From IMG/VR virus record IMGVR_UViG_3300020045_008410, positions 1 to 45,768 of that record: 45,768 bases of DNA. One strand, written 5' to 3'. A program made the position numbers and the translations under genes. The stretch is from a virus (lineage: Duplodnaviria; Caudoviricetes). Below the pieces are notes generated by a model. That model did no database searches, was not told the DNA's origin, and saw nothing but the letters and a program-made list of their open reading frames with translations. Positions 1 through 10,021 of this stretch are shown one piece after another. Positions within the stretch are counted from its first letter, which is position 1; every line of letters begins with the position of its first letter.

Positions 1-52
1 TAATGTTTAATCAGTTTATCTATCGTAATATCTGCCATTTCAAAATGAATTT

Positions 53-92
53 AAAAACAAAAAGGAGTGAAGCCACCGACCTCACTCCCTTT
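53..92 (-). terminator. intrinsic terminator after major tail gene
   Basis: GGAGTGA(64-70)/TCACTCC(82-88) stem followed on the minus strand by a T-rich run. Confidence 0.6.
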
Positions 93-115
93 CTCAATTA
101 ACTAACCTAAACTTC

Positions 116-1060
116 TTAAACCACTACTGAACTATCAGTATTTGACTTATAAAGTCTGTTACCTTTTTTGATAATGCCAGTCGTAAATGCTGATGCGTTT
201 AATCTTAAAGTTACAACGTCATCTGCGGCTAATGCTCCAGAGAAAGTTCCTGTATAAACTTTAGTTGTTGTGTTTTGACTTGGTGCGCCTGTAAATGCTG
301 TGACAGTTCCATTTACTGTAAATTCTAAATCAGTTGCAGCTAATGTTCCAAAATCAATCGGTTTTCTATCCGCATTTGTTTTTACTGTAAATGTTACTGT
401 TGTTGCTCCATCGGCTGGAACTGCATTAAATTTAACTAATGCATCGTTAACTCCATCTAATGAAGCCAATCTAACATCGTGTTGAGCTTGAACTGTCCAA
501 CTTCCATCCTGGTCTCTTTCACTTCTGTAAAGCTCTTGAAGTTTTAATTTTGACATTGAAGTATCCGCTCCGTTTCCGTCTTTAATTGGATCAACTGCAA
601 TCATACCAACTGTAAATCCTTTTACATAAGTTTCGGTTGATGTGTATAAAAATGATAACGCAGTATCTAAATAAATAACATCATAGTTTCCAAAACTTTC
701 TAAAGTTCTAATTGCCTGGTCAAAATAGTTACCGTTTTTAAATGTAAAAGCTCTTGTATATGGACTTTTTCCAGCTGTTGTAATAATGTTAGATCCAGTA
801 TCTGTTACTTCATTATCGGCAGCTGTTAAATCTTCAACTGCTGTTATTCCTGCTAAAACAATTGCTTTTCCTTCTTGTTGAAGTTGTTGCAAATAAGCAA
901 TTGAAAATGCTTCTTCATATTCAAATCCTTGCGGAGTGAAAATCAAAACTGATGTTCTTTGAAAATTAAATTTACAGTTATAAGTTCCAGTTCCTTTAAC
1001 TCCTGCTGCATCGCAATTAAGTCTATTAATTTGCGCTTGTAATTCTGCTGATATTGCCAT
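116..1060 (-). CDS. major tail (tube) protein
   Basis: 314 aa, Thr/Gly/Ala-rich, possible C-terminal Ig-like extension; follows head-completion genes and precedes a terminator. Confidence 0.6.
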   Translation of the reverse strand: MAISAELQAQINRLNCDAAGVKGTGTYNCKFNFQRTSVLIFTPQGFEYEEAFSIAYLQQLQQEGKAIVLAGITAVEDLTAADNEVTDTGSNIITTAGKSPYTRAFTFKNGNYFDQAIRTLESFGNYDVIYLDTALSFLYTSTETYVKGFTVGMIAVDPIKDGNGADTSMSKLKLQELYRSERDQDGSWTVQAQHDVRLASLDGVNDALVKFNAVPADGATTVTFTVKTNADRKPIDFGTLAATDLEFTVNGTVTAFTGAPSQNTTTKVYTGTFSGALAADDVVTLRLNASAFTTGIIKKGNRLYKSNTDSSVVV

Positions 1061-1072
1061 TTTTTTTAAATT

Positions 1073-1255
1073 TTAAATGTAATTTTTTGATTGTAAAAAT
1101 TTAATCCCTTTTTCAGAACTAACTTCAATCGTATCTCCTTTTTGGTACTCTTTCTCTCCATGTGTAAAAGTGTTCTTTACTGGGAAAGATTGTTTTTTAC
1201 GTGCTATTTCTTTTTGCACTTTAACTTCTTTTGGTTCTTTTTTAATTGAATCCAT
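1073..1255 (-). CDS. small hypothetical virion-module protein
   Basis: 60 aa ORF tightly packed in the structural operon. Confidence 0.5.
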   Translation of the reverse strand: MDSIKKEPKEVKVQKEIARKKQSFPVKNTFTHGEKEYQKGDTIEVSSEKGIKFLQSKNYI

Positions 1256-1279
1256 TATATCGGTTTTAATTGGTTAAAC

Positions 1280-1804
1280 TTAACAACAACAAGTATCATT
1301 CATTTGGTATTCAACTTCTAAATTAAATTTAAATACGTGATAAGGTTGCATATCATTTTCTTGGTTGTAACTAATTCCTTGCAATGCTTTATCATATCCA
1401 AATTCTAAAGTTTTTAACCAAACATTCTCAAATTGATTTAAAATTAATTCTACATCGTTTTGAACTTCTGAATCTGCTCTATGAGTTACTTGTGGTTTTA
1501 CTTTTGATAAATCAACAATAAAAATCAATTCTAAATCCGTTTTCCAATTCAACATATCTTCTTTTGTTGCTTTTGCTCTTTGTAAAAAGAAAAATTTACT
1601 TTTTTCTGCAACTGATATTAATTGGTATTCTTTTTTACTTACAAATCGATTAATTGTTTTTTTACCTTCATTTTCTAAAATGTAACATCTTTCATATGCT
1701 TCTAAATCAACACTCCAAGTTACATTTAATTGATCATACAATTCTTTTTGAATCTTTGCTACTGTAGCATCTAATCCTATTGGATTTGTTTTAGCGTAAA
1801 TCAT
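1280..1804 (-). CDS. putative tail terminator/head-tail joining protein
   Basis: 174 aa, just upstream of major tail gene; 4-nt overlap with upstream ORF. Confidence 0.45.
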   Translation of the reverse strand: MIYAKTNPIGLDATVAKIQKELYDQLNVTWSVDLEAYERCYILENEGKKTINRFVSKKEYQLISVAEKSKFFFLQRAKATKEDMLNWKTDLELIFIVDLSKVKPQVTHRADSEVQNDVELILNQFENVWLKTLEFGYDKALQGISYNQENDMQPYHVFKFNLEVEYQMNDTCCC

Positions 1805-2943
1805 AATGAACTCATTTCTATTTCAAAATCGGAATCATCGCTTTCTAAAAGTTGAGTGTCAAATGTTCTACTCATAACCCTCAATGCTTTTCTCTTTTCA
1901 TCTTGAAATCTTTTAGCCGCCGTATTCATATCTAATGATTTTGTTTCGGCAATTAACATATCCTTGTCTAATTGGATTGTTTGACTTCTATTTGAGCGAT
2001 TGTTTGAATTGTGAAGAAACATTTTTAAGGTTTCTAATTCAAAAGTGGCTCTTACAAAATTTGCTAATTCATTAAGATTATTTTCGATGTAAATTGAACT
2101 GTCAAGGAAAACTGAAATATTAAAACCGATTCCATTATTTGAATTTCCATAACTATAAACTGCTGTTTCTGGTTCGCTGCCAATTCCAACTGCTGTATAA
2201 CATAAAAATCCATTAAACTTTAACGGATCAACATAACTTGAACTTCCAATAACTTCTGTTGAATCAATTGCAAAAATCCATTTTCCTTTACCAGTAAACG
2301 TGTAATTCAAATCTTTAAAATCTACTATTCCGTTACTCGGTGTTATTTGCAAAGTATCTACTAAAACTCCTTGATTTACAACGTACAAATTAACTGGTGT
2401 AGTTCCTAATTTTTGAAATGATATTTGATTTATTCTAAATGTTACATAATCGCTTCCTTTAGGCTCAAAAATCCACGCTGAATAATCATTTGGTAATTGG
2501 AATGATTGACTTGGACCAGCATTGTAAATGTATTGATTATTGATTAGTCTTTTAGTCAAATTCAATTCGCTGTAAACTTTATCTTTTACTTTGTCAATAT
2601 GGTTTTTAATTTTAAGACTTTCAATATTAGTTTCTAACCAATAAATTGAATTTTCTTCTGTTGGTAAATTCCCAACGTTTGCATTTGATAAAGATTGATA
2701 AATTTTACTTTCGTATTTTACAATGTCAGTTCTTTTTTTTGTTAAAGAATAATTTGTATAAGTTGTTTCATCATTATAATCTGAAAAAACAAAATCATAA
2801 AATGATAGGAATTCCAAAAGGTTTTCAACTGTTATGCTTGGATGAGTTCCGCTATTTAAATACAATCCGCTTTGTGGTATTGCAGTAATTTGCGAATCCA
2901 ATTGTACATCACTTGAAAAATCTTCTGAAATTCCTAATATCAT
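1801..2943 (-). CDS. putative head-tail adaptor/structural protein
   Basis: 380 aa between capsid genes and tail genes; internal YxxxxxY...IVKY...IYQS...W segment resembles a small carbohydrate-binding-type insert. Confidence 0.4.
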   Translation of the reverse strand: MILGISEDFSSDVQLDSQITAIPQSGLYLNSGTHPSITVENLLEFLSFYDFVFSDYNDETTYTNYSLTKKRTDIVKYESKIYQSLSNANVGNLPTEENSIYWLETNIESLKIKNHIDKVKDKVYSELNLTKRLINNQYIYNAGPSQSFQLPNDYSAWIFEPKGSDYVTFRINQISFQKLGTTPVNLYVVNQGVLVDTLQITPSNGIVDFKDLNYTFTGKGKWIFAIDSTEVIGSSSYVDPLKFNGFLCYTAVGIGSEPETAVYSYGNSNNGIGFNISVFLDSSIYIENNLNELANFVRATFELETLKMFLHNSNNRSNRSQTIQLDKDMLIAETKSLDMNTAAKRFQDEKRKALRVMSRTFDTQLLESDDSDFEIEMSSL

Positions 2944-2962
2944 TTTTTCTATTCTTTAATTG

Positions 2963-3397
2963 TTATGATTCACTTGCCCAAATTCCAACTCCACCAGTTA
3001 CGCACCATTTTGTAAGTGCTACGGCTTCTAGTTCAAGCCAGTCTCCGTAATTGGCAGTTGCTTTTGTGTTAACAAAGTTTTTATTAACTACTCCACTCGC
3101 TACTGAATCGGCTGCTGCATTTGGTACTGTTCCATTAATTCCGTCTGCTGATGCTGGACTAATTGTCAATGCAACTGCTCCATCTGCTCCAACATTACGA
3201 AATCTGTATTTTATACCTAAATTACCTGCATCAATTAATGGAAGTTCAATTATTTTTGCATCTGTACCAACATTAATTGTTTTACCTGCATCTGCAATTG
3301 TCAAGGTAGTATTGTCAGTTACTATTCCATTTGGATTTAAATTTCTAAGTCCATTTTGAACTTCTCCTGTTACCGTTGCTTTTTTATAATCGGTCAT
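2963..3397 (-). CDS. putative capsid decoration/head fibre protein
   Basis: 144 aa Gly/Ala/Thr-rich beta protein directly after the capsid gene. Confidence 0.45.
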   Translation of the reverse strand: MTDYKKATVTGEVQNGLRNLNPNGIVTDNTTLTIADAGKTINVGTDAKIIELPLIDAGNLGIKYRFRNVGADGAVALTISPASADGINGTVPNAAADSVASGVVNKNFVNTKATANYGDWLELEAVALTKWCVTGGVGIWASES

Positions 3398-3424
3398 TTT
3401 TTCTAATTATTAAATATTAAACAA

Positions 3425-4507
3425 TTAAGTAGTTGTACCTACAATTTTAACGATGTCGTTTGCTCTTGTAGAAATATCGCTATTATATCGATATACAACG
3501 TAGAATCTTGCCCAAAAAGCAATCTCTTCAAAGTGCGACATAATCGCATTAGAATCAGTACCAGAAGTAATTAAAGCCGTTGCATCAACTGCCTCTTTAT
3601 TCGTGTAAACGTTGACTCTCATTCTTGTAAATGGCATTTCAACATCAGAAATACTCCATTTTTTACCAGCAATTTCCGTTCCGTTTGCAAAATCATAAGG
3701 AAAGTTCTCAACTAAACCAATACCACCATCACGGACTAAAAAACCTGTAAATACTTCTCCTGCTCCTGCTGCAATGTTTTCTGATTCATACATATGATCT
3801 AATGGGAACATTCCTAAAGCCGCTAAGTTTTTATCATTGCTCATTGCGTATTTTAATTGTTCCGCTTTTTGAACTGCTAAACCAGCTCTATTGGTAACAA
3901 TTCTATAATCTCCTGGCAATTCATTTGCAGACATCAAATAACCTAAGTTGAAAAACATTGTTTCTTTTTGAGCCGCTTTAGTTACTGTTAAAGTATCGGT
4001 TACAGTTGAAAAAGTAAATGTTCCGTCTCCTTGAGAAACTTGAACCGTACCCAATGGTAAAACTTGAGATTTTCTTGATTCCATAACTGTTGATAAAATC
4101 GTCTCAATGCTTTTACCCATTGCGTAACATACGTTTTTAGTTTTTATCATTACAGCTTCTTTCTCGTCAATCATGTTATTAGCATAAGTTGAAGGATAGT
4201 GTCTAAATCCAGAAAAAACATCGTAAGCTACAAAACTGTATTGATCACTTTCTTCTAAATTTGTTGGTATATAATTAAATCCAGGCGTTGTATTTACAAC
4301 AACGGTTTGATCTTTAATTACTGGAATTTTCTGATTTCGCAAAGAACTCATTGTGTTCATTGCTTGAATTTGACTTGGTAGAATATAATCTACTGCTGGA
4401 GTTGAATCCGCTACTAAATCAACATAACCAAGTTGAGAAAATCTCTTATCATTAGTTACATTCATTCCTTGTAAGTCATTCAATAAAGTTGCATTAATGA
4501 AACTCAT
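3425..4507 (-). CDS. major capsid protein
   Basis: 360 aa directly downstream of a coiled-coil scaffold-like gene; size and synteny. Confidence 0.7.
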   Translation of the reverse strand: MSFINATLLNDLQGMNVTNDKRFSQLGYVDLVADSTPAVDYILPSQIQAMNTMSSLRNQKIPVIKDQTVVVNTTPGFNYIPTNLEESDQYSFVAYDVFSGFRHYPSTYANNMIDEKEAVMIKTKNVCYAMGKSIETILSTVMESRKSQVLPLGTVQVSQGDGTFTFSTVTDTLTVTKAAQKETMFFNLGYLMSANELPGDYRIVTNRAGLAVQKAEQLKYAMSNDKNLAALGMFPLDHMYESENIAAGAGEVFTGFLVRDGGIGLVENFPYDFANGTEIAGKKWSISDVEMPFTRMRVNVYTNKEAVDATALITSGTDSNAIMSHFEEIAFWARFYVVYRYNSDISTRANDIVKIVGTTT

Positions 4508-4558
4508 CTTTTAATTTTTTTTGTGTTAATACTTTTTTAAATTCTTTGCGGTCTTTCG

Positions 4559-5443
4559 CTATTTTTTCAATTCCTCAAGGATTTTAGTTTGTAATTCCAT
4601 AAACTTTTTAGGTCTTTCTTTACTCATTTTTGGAATTCCATCTTTATCTAATTTCTCATTGATTGCTTTTGAAATATCTTCTGTTGTTGGTTTTTCTGGT
4701 AATTCAATTCCTAAATCTCCAACTTTATGCCCCGTTTTCCCTCCTAGTCCTTCTTGTTTTCTACCTTCTAAAAGTCCTTTGATATTTTCATCACTTTGTA
4801 TTAATTCAGAAAGTTTTTTAACAATATGTTTATTTTCTTTCGATGTTAAAATACTAACTCCATTTTCATCAAATGATTTTTCATATTTTTCATTGATATT
4901 TTTTACAAATTCATTCCATTTTGCTTCGGCTTCATATTTATTAACCGTTTCTGGAAAATTTGGTTTTTCATTTTGAAAGAAAACTTTGTCCTTTAATGAT
5001 TTGTATTCTGTTTCTAACGGTTCGTATTTATCGGCTTTTTCCTTTAATGAATCATAATCTGCAAGTTTAACCAATGCTTTATCTAATTCATCTTGCGCTT
5101 TTTGTAGTTCTGCTTTTGTTGCATCCCCACCATTGAACTCTTTTAATTTTAATGCGTAATCTGCTTTTAATGTTTCAACTTCTGTTTTTTGAGCTGTTAA
5201 AAATTCATTTCCAGCTCTTACATAATAATCGGCTAATTTCTCGCCTTGATTCCTTTTAATTGAAGTTACTTCTTCAAGTTTATTTGCTGCACCCGATAAA
5301 ATTCCTTCTGCATCGGTGTTTGCCTTTGTATCCCACTTTGCTTTTTCTGTTGCTATGTAGTTTTCATAAGGTGTTTTAATTCCTGCTACTTGCTCTGGTG
5401 TAAGGTTTAATTCTTTTGTAATCTCGTCTGTTAGGAAGTCCAT
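4559..5443 (-). CDS. capsid scaffolding protein
   Basis: 294 aa, K/E-rich coiled coil, GLGGK near C-terminus, immediately upstream of capsid gene. Confidence 0.6.
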   Translation of the reverse strand: MDFLTDEITKELNLTPEQVAGIKTPYENYIATEKAKWDTKANTDAEGILSGAANKLEEVTSIKRNQGEKLADYYVRAGNEFLTAQKTEVETLKADYALKLKEFNGGDATKAELQKAQDELDKALVKLADYDSLKEKADKYEPLETEYKSLKDKVFFQNEKPNFPETVNKYEAEAKWNEFVKNINEKYEKSFDENGVSILTSKENKHIVKKLSELIQSDENIKGLLEGRKQEGLGGKTGHKVGDLGIELPEKPTTEDISKAINEKLDKDGIPKMSKERPKKFMELQTKILEELKK

Positions 5444-5486
5444 AATTCAGTCTTTTAAATTAATTATTTAGTTAATTGATTAAAAC

Positions 5487-5593
5487 AAAAAAAGACCTCA
5501 TTTCGACTAAACGAAATAAAGGTCTTTCTTTATTTTGGTGTTTACGTTTTCATTTTTAGGTCAATGCATCTTCACATTGATTTGACAAATGTA
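5487..5593 (-). promoter_or_regulatory. late-operon leader: -7 box, small hairpin, intrinsic terminator
   Basis: TACATTTG (5586-5593, minus); hairpin TCAATG-TGAAGATG-CATTGA (5561-5580); stem AAAGACCT/AGGTCTTT plus T-run (5487-5527) upstream of the scaffold ATG at 5443. Confidence 0.6.
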
Positions 5594-5610
5594 ATTATTT
5601 TTTTTTATAA

Positions 5611-5955
5611 TTACGCTCTTTTGCATAAAATTGGTTTTTCACGCTCTTTTAAGCATTCTACAACCTTATTCCAAACTTGAACATCTTCAACTATTTGAAA
5701 CCCTTTTCCGAAGTACATAAGCTCATATGTTTCGTCTATTGCAGATTCTGTTATCATATCAACTTTTGAAGCATCAATAGCCATATTTTTCAATACTATT
5801 ATTTTTTCTGGTACTTCTAAATCTGGAAGTACTTCTACCCTATCCCTTTTAGTCTTTTGGTTTTCATGTACTCTTTGATTAGCTTTTTTTGCATTCTCTT
5901 GCAATACTTCGTTAATTTCTTTCTCGTTTTTTAAAATTCTTACTTGTACTATCAT
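5611..5955 (-). CDS. hypothetical protein
   Basis: 114 aa ORF in head module. Confidence 0.55.
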   Translation of the reverse strand: MIVQVRILKNEKEINEVLQENAKKANQRVHENQKTKRDRVEVLPDLEVPEKIIVLKNMAIDASKVDMITESAIDETYELMYFGKGFQIVEDVQVWNKVVECLKEREKPILCKRA

Positions 5956-5986
5956 AATCTTTTATGAATTTATTTAAGGTTAATTA

Positions 5987-6478
5987 CTATGATTCCAATT
6001 GTGTTTTAATCCAAGCAACATTGTTTTTAAATGGTTTTGGAAGTTCTTTTTCAAACTTTTCAACATAACGTGCTTGAAGTTGTTCTAATGTTTCTCCTTC
6101 TTCTAATCCTGTAATTACTTTTGCTCCTTTCACTTCTAAATCTGAACCATCATTTTTACCTTCTAATTTTTCTAATCTTTCAGTAAGCATTTTAATTGTT
6201 TTTTGCTCTGGAGTTAATTCTACTTGTTCGGTTTTTAGTAATGAATCAATTTCTTTCTGTAATTCTTCTGGAATTTTTTCTTCTTTTTCTCCAACAAAAT
6301 AACCTTCAATTTTAATTTTACAAATGCCTGTTTTTTTTAGATTGTTTAGATGATTTTTCCATTGTGTATCATCATAAGTTAAAGTTAACTTTTGATTTTC
6401 ATTCGCTGGACTGCCATCTTGTTTTAAAAGAACCTCTTTACCTTTGTAGATTCTTAATTGGACTGTTTTTCTTGCCAT
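5987..6478 (-). CDS. hypothetical head-module protein
   Basis: 163 aa directly after portal; short helical C-terminal motif LEQLQARYVEKF...W. Confidence 0.55.
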   Translation of the reverse strand: MARKTVQLRIYKGKEVLLKQDGSPANENQKLTLTYDDTQWKNHLNNLKKTGICKIKIEGYFVGEKEEKIPEELQKEIDSLLKTEQVELTPEQKTIKMLTERLEKLEGKNDGSDLEVKGAKVITGLEEGETLEQLQARYVEKFEKELPKPFKNNVAWIKTQLES

Positions 6479-6482
6479 TTTA

Positions 6483-8189
6483 TTAATTGTTTAATTGTTT
6501 TGGTACTATTACCATTTCATCTATTAAATCTATCAATAGATTGTTTATCATTATTATTTTTTCGCTGTTTGATGCTTTTAAATTATTGTAAAAAACTGAT
6601 ATATCCCCAAATCTAGCCTCAAACAAAGATATCCAATAATTGAATCTCAATTGTAGTTGTTTTGTTGTATTATCAACTAAATTTTGAGATAATGCTTTAT
6701 CGAAATCTGTATCACTTGCGTAAGGCAATAAAGTATATAAAATTGTTTCTCTTTCGGCACGTCCTTTGTTAAATCTGTATTTTGTTTTTCCAATTCTTAA
6801 AAGTAAATTTCTTCTTTCAATTGGATTTGGTGCTTTCTGAAATAAATTAAATAATTCTGTTTCATTATCTAAGAAGAAATCCGAACCATAAAATAAACTT
6901 ACTCCAACATTTTCAATTCCATACTGCAATCCCAACAACATTAAATCCGATTGATTACGTACCCAAGATAAATTCATTGAAATTGCTCTTAATTTATCCT
7001 GTTTGTTGTGAGTACTCGAGTTAATTTGAGTTTCATTCTTTGCTGCATCATTATTTTGTTGGTAATCTCCTAAAACATTTGCAATAATTGAACGTTCTAT
7101 CTCTTGAATACGTTTGTTTAAATAATCTAAACATTCAACTGGAATATAAAAGAATTTAGCAAAATTTTGTATTAGATCAGTATCGATGCTTTGATCGGCT
7201 TTTTTAATTTGTGGAATTTCAATAACTGAACCTGCTTGCATTATTGATCCGTTACTTGAATTGGTGTCTTTTCCGTATTCGGCTTTCTGACTTCCTAATT
7301 CATTTGAACTCATTGGCTCTTGTGAATTAATTCCTTTAAAATCTGAACCTTCTAATGAATTTGTTTTTGTTTTTAATTTAACAGTTATTGGAATCGCTCC
7401 ATTTGGTTCGGTCATTTTTAGAAGTGTTTTTAAAAAAACATATTCCTCAAGTTCTTCTCTTACATATGAAAATATTGATTTTCTAACAATATCATTTTCG
7501 GTGCTAAATGCTTCATTTGAAATCCAACAAGCCGGACATCTTTTTAAGTCGTGAGAAATATTTGAAAGCTCATTATAATTTTTATCATAAAAAATAAAAA
7601 CTGAATCATCCATATATAAATATCCTTCAACTTCTATTCCGTTAATTTTAACCTCTGCTTTATAAGCTATCTTTTCAATTATTGAATCATCGCTGTCAAT
7701 TGCAACTACATCATTTATGCAAAGTAATTCTCTATATGCTGAATTAATATCGTTTAAATCATGAACTAAAATATCGTTATGATTAAAAAGTAAAGAATTA
7801 AATAGTAAATTTTCAAACGTTTCATTTTTTAGATCATCAGGACATTCAACTTCCTTATTTCTTATTGAATATTTGAAATAACTATCGTCAGCAAAATAAA
7901 CTCTTTTTAATTGTGGCTTGATTTCATCATTAATAAGTTTTGCGCTTGGTAAAGGTTTACGCATATACTTAAAGAATGATATAAAATTTTGCTGTCTAAA
8001 TATTTGTTTTACCCAAGTTAAAAAATAATCAGTTCCTGCATAGTTTCTTTGAGACCATTGTCTTAAATACTCGGTTGTTACATCATGCTGAATTTCAGAT
8101 TGTGTAAAATAAGATAATTGCTTTTGTTGTTTGTAGGCTTGTCTAACATACCCTATTCCTTCTTGTTCTTTTACAAATTCAACTGACAT
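6483..8189 (-). CDS. portal protein
   Basis: 568 aa, largely helical, first gene of the head operon; size and synteny. Confidence 0.65.
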   Translation of the reverse strand: MSVEFVKEQEGIGYVRQAYKQQKQLSYFTQSEIQHDVTTEYLRQWSQRNYAGTDYFLTWVKQIFRQQNFISFFKYMRKPLPSAKLINDEIKPQLKRVYFADDSYFKYSIRNKEVECPDDLKNETFENLLFNSLLFNHNDILVHDLNDINSAYRELLCINDVVAIDSDDSIIEKIAYKAEVKINGIEVEGYLYMDDSVFIFYDKNYNELSNISHDLKRCPACWISNEAFSTENDIVRKSIFSYVREELEEYVFLKTLLKMTEPNGAIPITVKLKTKTNSLEGSDFKGINSQEPMSSNELGSQKAEYGKDTNSSNGSIMQAGSVIEIPQIKKADQSIDTDLIQNFAKFFYIPVECLDYLNKRIQEIERSIIANVLGDYQQNNDAAKNETQINSSTHNKQDKLRAISMNLSWVRNQSDLMLLGLQYGIENVGVSLFYGSDFFLDNETELFNLFQKAPNPIERRNLLLRIGKTKYRFNKGRAERETILYTLLPYASDTDFDKALSQNLVDNTTKQLQLRFNYWISLFEARFGDISVFYNNLKASNSEKIIMINNLLIDLIDEMVIVPKQLNN

Positions 8190-8232
8190 TTTGTGAGTGT
8201 TTTATGCGTAGTCTTTTACGTAATTATTTTTA

Positions 8233-8269
8233 CAAATTTATAGTTTTTTATTTCATTATAACAAATTTA
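8233..8269 (-). promoter_or_regulatory. Bacteroidota-type -7 boxes upstream of portal
   Basis: TAAATTTG on the minus strand at 8233-8240 and 8262-8269 (consensus TAnnTTTG). Confidence 0.5.
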
Positions 8270-8281
8270 TTTTTATAGCAT

Positions 8282-8307
8282 AAAAAAACCGCTAACTAAA
8301 GCGGTTT
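8282..8307 (-). terminator. intrinsic terminator
   Basis: AAACCGCT/AGCGGTTT stem plus 7-T tail on minus strand, right after the 8312 stop. Confidence 0.75.
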
Positions 8308-8311
8308 GTTG

Positions 8312-8581
8312 TTATTTAATTTTCCAACCTTTAATCGAATTAAAATACTTTTTTTCTCCTTGTGGGTTTATCCATTCTCTACCCGAAATATTAATTGATA
8401 CATCAATTTCTTGACCTATTTGTAAAGTATCTAATTCATTGTTACAAATTCCTTGTGCAAACTCGATTAAAACTAAAGACGGATATTGCTCGATAGTTTT
8501 AATTACTAATTCTCTTTTCGTATAAGTTGGACTAATTTGTGTTTCTTGTCCAACAAAGTGAACGTTTCCTTTTAAATTCAT
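8312..8581 (-). CDS. DUF3127-like OB-fold (SSB-like) protein
   Basis: KRELVI...YP....EF...GREW...GEKKYFNSIKGWKI matches the Bacteroidota DUF3127 pattern. Confidence 0.75.
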   Translation of the reverse strand: MNLKGNVHFVGQETQISPTYTKRELVIKTIEQYPSLVLIEFAQGICNNELDTLQIGQEIDVSINISGREWINPQGEKKYFNSIKGWKIK

Positions 8582-8585
8582 TTTA

Positions 8586-9080
8586 CTACTTTTTAAGTGT
8601 TTTACATTTATTGCATTTTAAAGTTTTAATTACAATTCCAGATGCTGTTTCTGCATACTTGCAATCTGGACAATTATTTAAAACTTCTAGTTTTTCTTTT
8701 TCTTGAACCATTTTTAAAGTTTCATTATAATTTCCGTTTCCTAACGTACTTCTTGGCATTGATTTGGCTCTTCTTTTTAGTATTGCATCTAATTTTTTTT
8801 TATCAATTTGTCCGCTTTCTTCCATCCATTTTCCTTTTAACAAAGTATTTTCTTTTGGGATATCTTTTAATAAAATATTCTTTTTTATTAAATTAAAATC
8901 AAACCCCAAAGCATCTATTAATAAAAGTAAAGTTTCTGAATTTGGACTATTCAAACCTGTAAATATTTTCCATATTGTAGATTTACTTGCATTGATCATT
9001 TTTGCAACATCATCATAACTTAGCTTTTTTTCAACTCGAACTAGCTCTAATTGATTTATTGTTTCTTTTAATTTTTTCAT
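8586..9080 (-). CDS. XRE-family HTH protein with C-terminal CxxC...CxxC
   Basis: RVEKKLSYDDVAKMINASKSTIWKIFTG..SPN.ETL; CPDC and CNKC zinc ribbon. Confidence 0.7.
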   Translation of the reverse strand: MKKLKETINQLELVRVEKKLSYDDVAKMINASKSTIWKIFTGLNSPNSETLLLLIDALGFDFNLIKKNILLKDIPKENTLLKGKWMEESGQIDKKKLDAILKRRAKSMPRSTLGNGNYNETLKMVQEKEKLEVLNNCPDCKYAETASGIVIKTLKCNKCKTLKK

Positions 9081-9091
9081 TTTGTATGCTT

Positions 9092-9556
9092 TTAAATTAA
9101 TCCTAATTCTTTAGCAACGCTTTCTTTTAGCGTTAGGTTGTACGGTATAAGGTTTTCTATTGTTTTTGATTCATTCCAAGAAACCAAAACATTACTATCT
9201 TTAAAAGTAACAATGTAGTAATTTGATTTTTTTGTTGCAACGCACCCATCAAATATAACTTTTGATAGTGCGTTTTTATAGTGCCAACATTTAGTAGTTG
9301 TAGAACAACAACCCTCTCTATCGTATTCTGTCAAACATTCGCAATTAGGCTCTTCCAAAACATTACCATTTTCATCAGTCGGTACAAAATCTGAAAGTTT
9401 TACTTTTTTTGAGAGGAATGTGGCGTAGTTTACAAACATATCATAACTTTCGTTTATAACTATTTGTGTTTCTTGAAAACTTAAATTGTGTCTTTCTGTT
9501 AAAGTAGATTTATGTTTTTTATTCACAAACTCCACCATTGATATTAATTTATTCAT
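9092..9556 (-). CDS. hypothetical phage protein
   Basis: 154 aa; FVPTDENGNVLEEP motif, Cys cluster. Confidence 0.6.
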   Translation of the reverse strand: MNKLISMVEFVNKKHKSTLTERHNLSFQETQIVINESYDMFVNYATFLSKKVKLSDFVPTDENGNVLEEPNCECLTEYDREGCCSTTTKCWHYKNALSKVIFDGCVATKKSNYYIVTFKDSNVLVSWNESKTIENLIPYNLTLKESVAKELGLI

Positions 9557-9579
9557 AATTATTAAATTTAGTGTTGTAG

Positions 9580-9831
9580 TTATTTATTCCAGATATTATC
9601 TTTTAGATATTCTAAAAAACTATCTAATCTTTTTTTGCTTACATTAAATTTTCTTTTAGTACAATCTCCTGTAAATATATCTTGCTGTTTATCTGTTAAC
9701 AATATACTCAAACAATCTTGAAATTGATAAGAACTATTGCATTTTTTAGATATGTTGTCAAACTCAATGTAATATCCAACATCATCAAATAAAACTATCG
9801 TTGTCTGCATCGGTGTAGGTTCTTTACTCAT
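9580..9831 (-). CDS. hypothetical protein
   Basis: 83 aa, overlaps upstream stop. Confidence 0.55.
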   Translation of the reverse strand: MSKEPTPMQTTIVLFDDVGYYIEFDNISKKCNSSYQFQDCLSILLTDKQQDIFTGDCTKRKFNVSKKRLDSFLEYLKDNIWNK

Positions 9832-10021
9832 ATATTTTATCTTTAAAGATTTGTAATAGTTCGGTTGCTGACTTTGTTTTAAATTGATACTTTGGTAAAT
9901 TTCTTAACCACTCCGCAAACTTCACAGCAAAATCATCTGTTATTTGTTCGCATGATTCTGACGCATCTTGTTCATTGTACAAATCAATATACATTCTAAA
10001 CTTCTCTCTTAACTTACTCAT
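9824..10021 (-). CDS. hypothetical protein
   Basis: 65 aa, ATGA overlap with upstream ORF. Confidence 0.55.
   Translation of the reverse strand: MSKLREKFRMYIDLYNEQDASESCEQITDDFAVKFAEWLRNLPKYQFKTKSATELLQIFKDKIYE

Noticed and set aside
1-38. Programmed frameshift joining MADITIDKLIKH to the chaperone frame across the ends
   Set aside because: It depends on an unverified end junction and no canonical slippery heptamer is evident.
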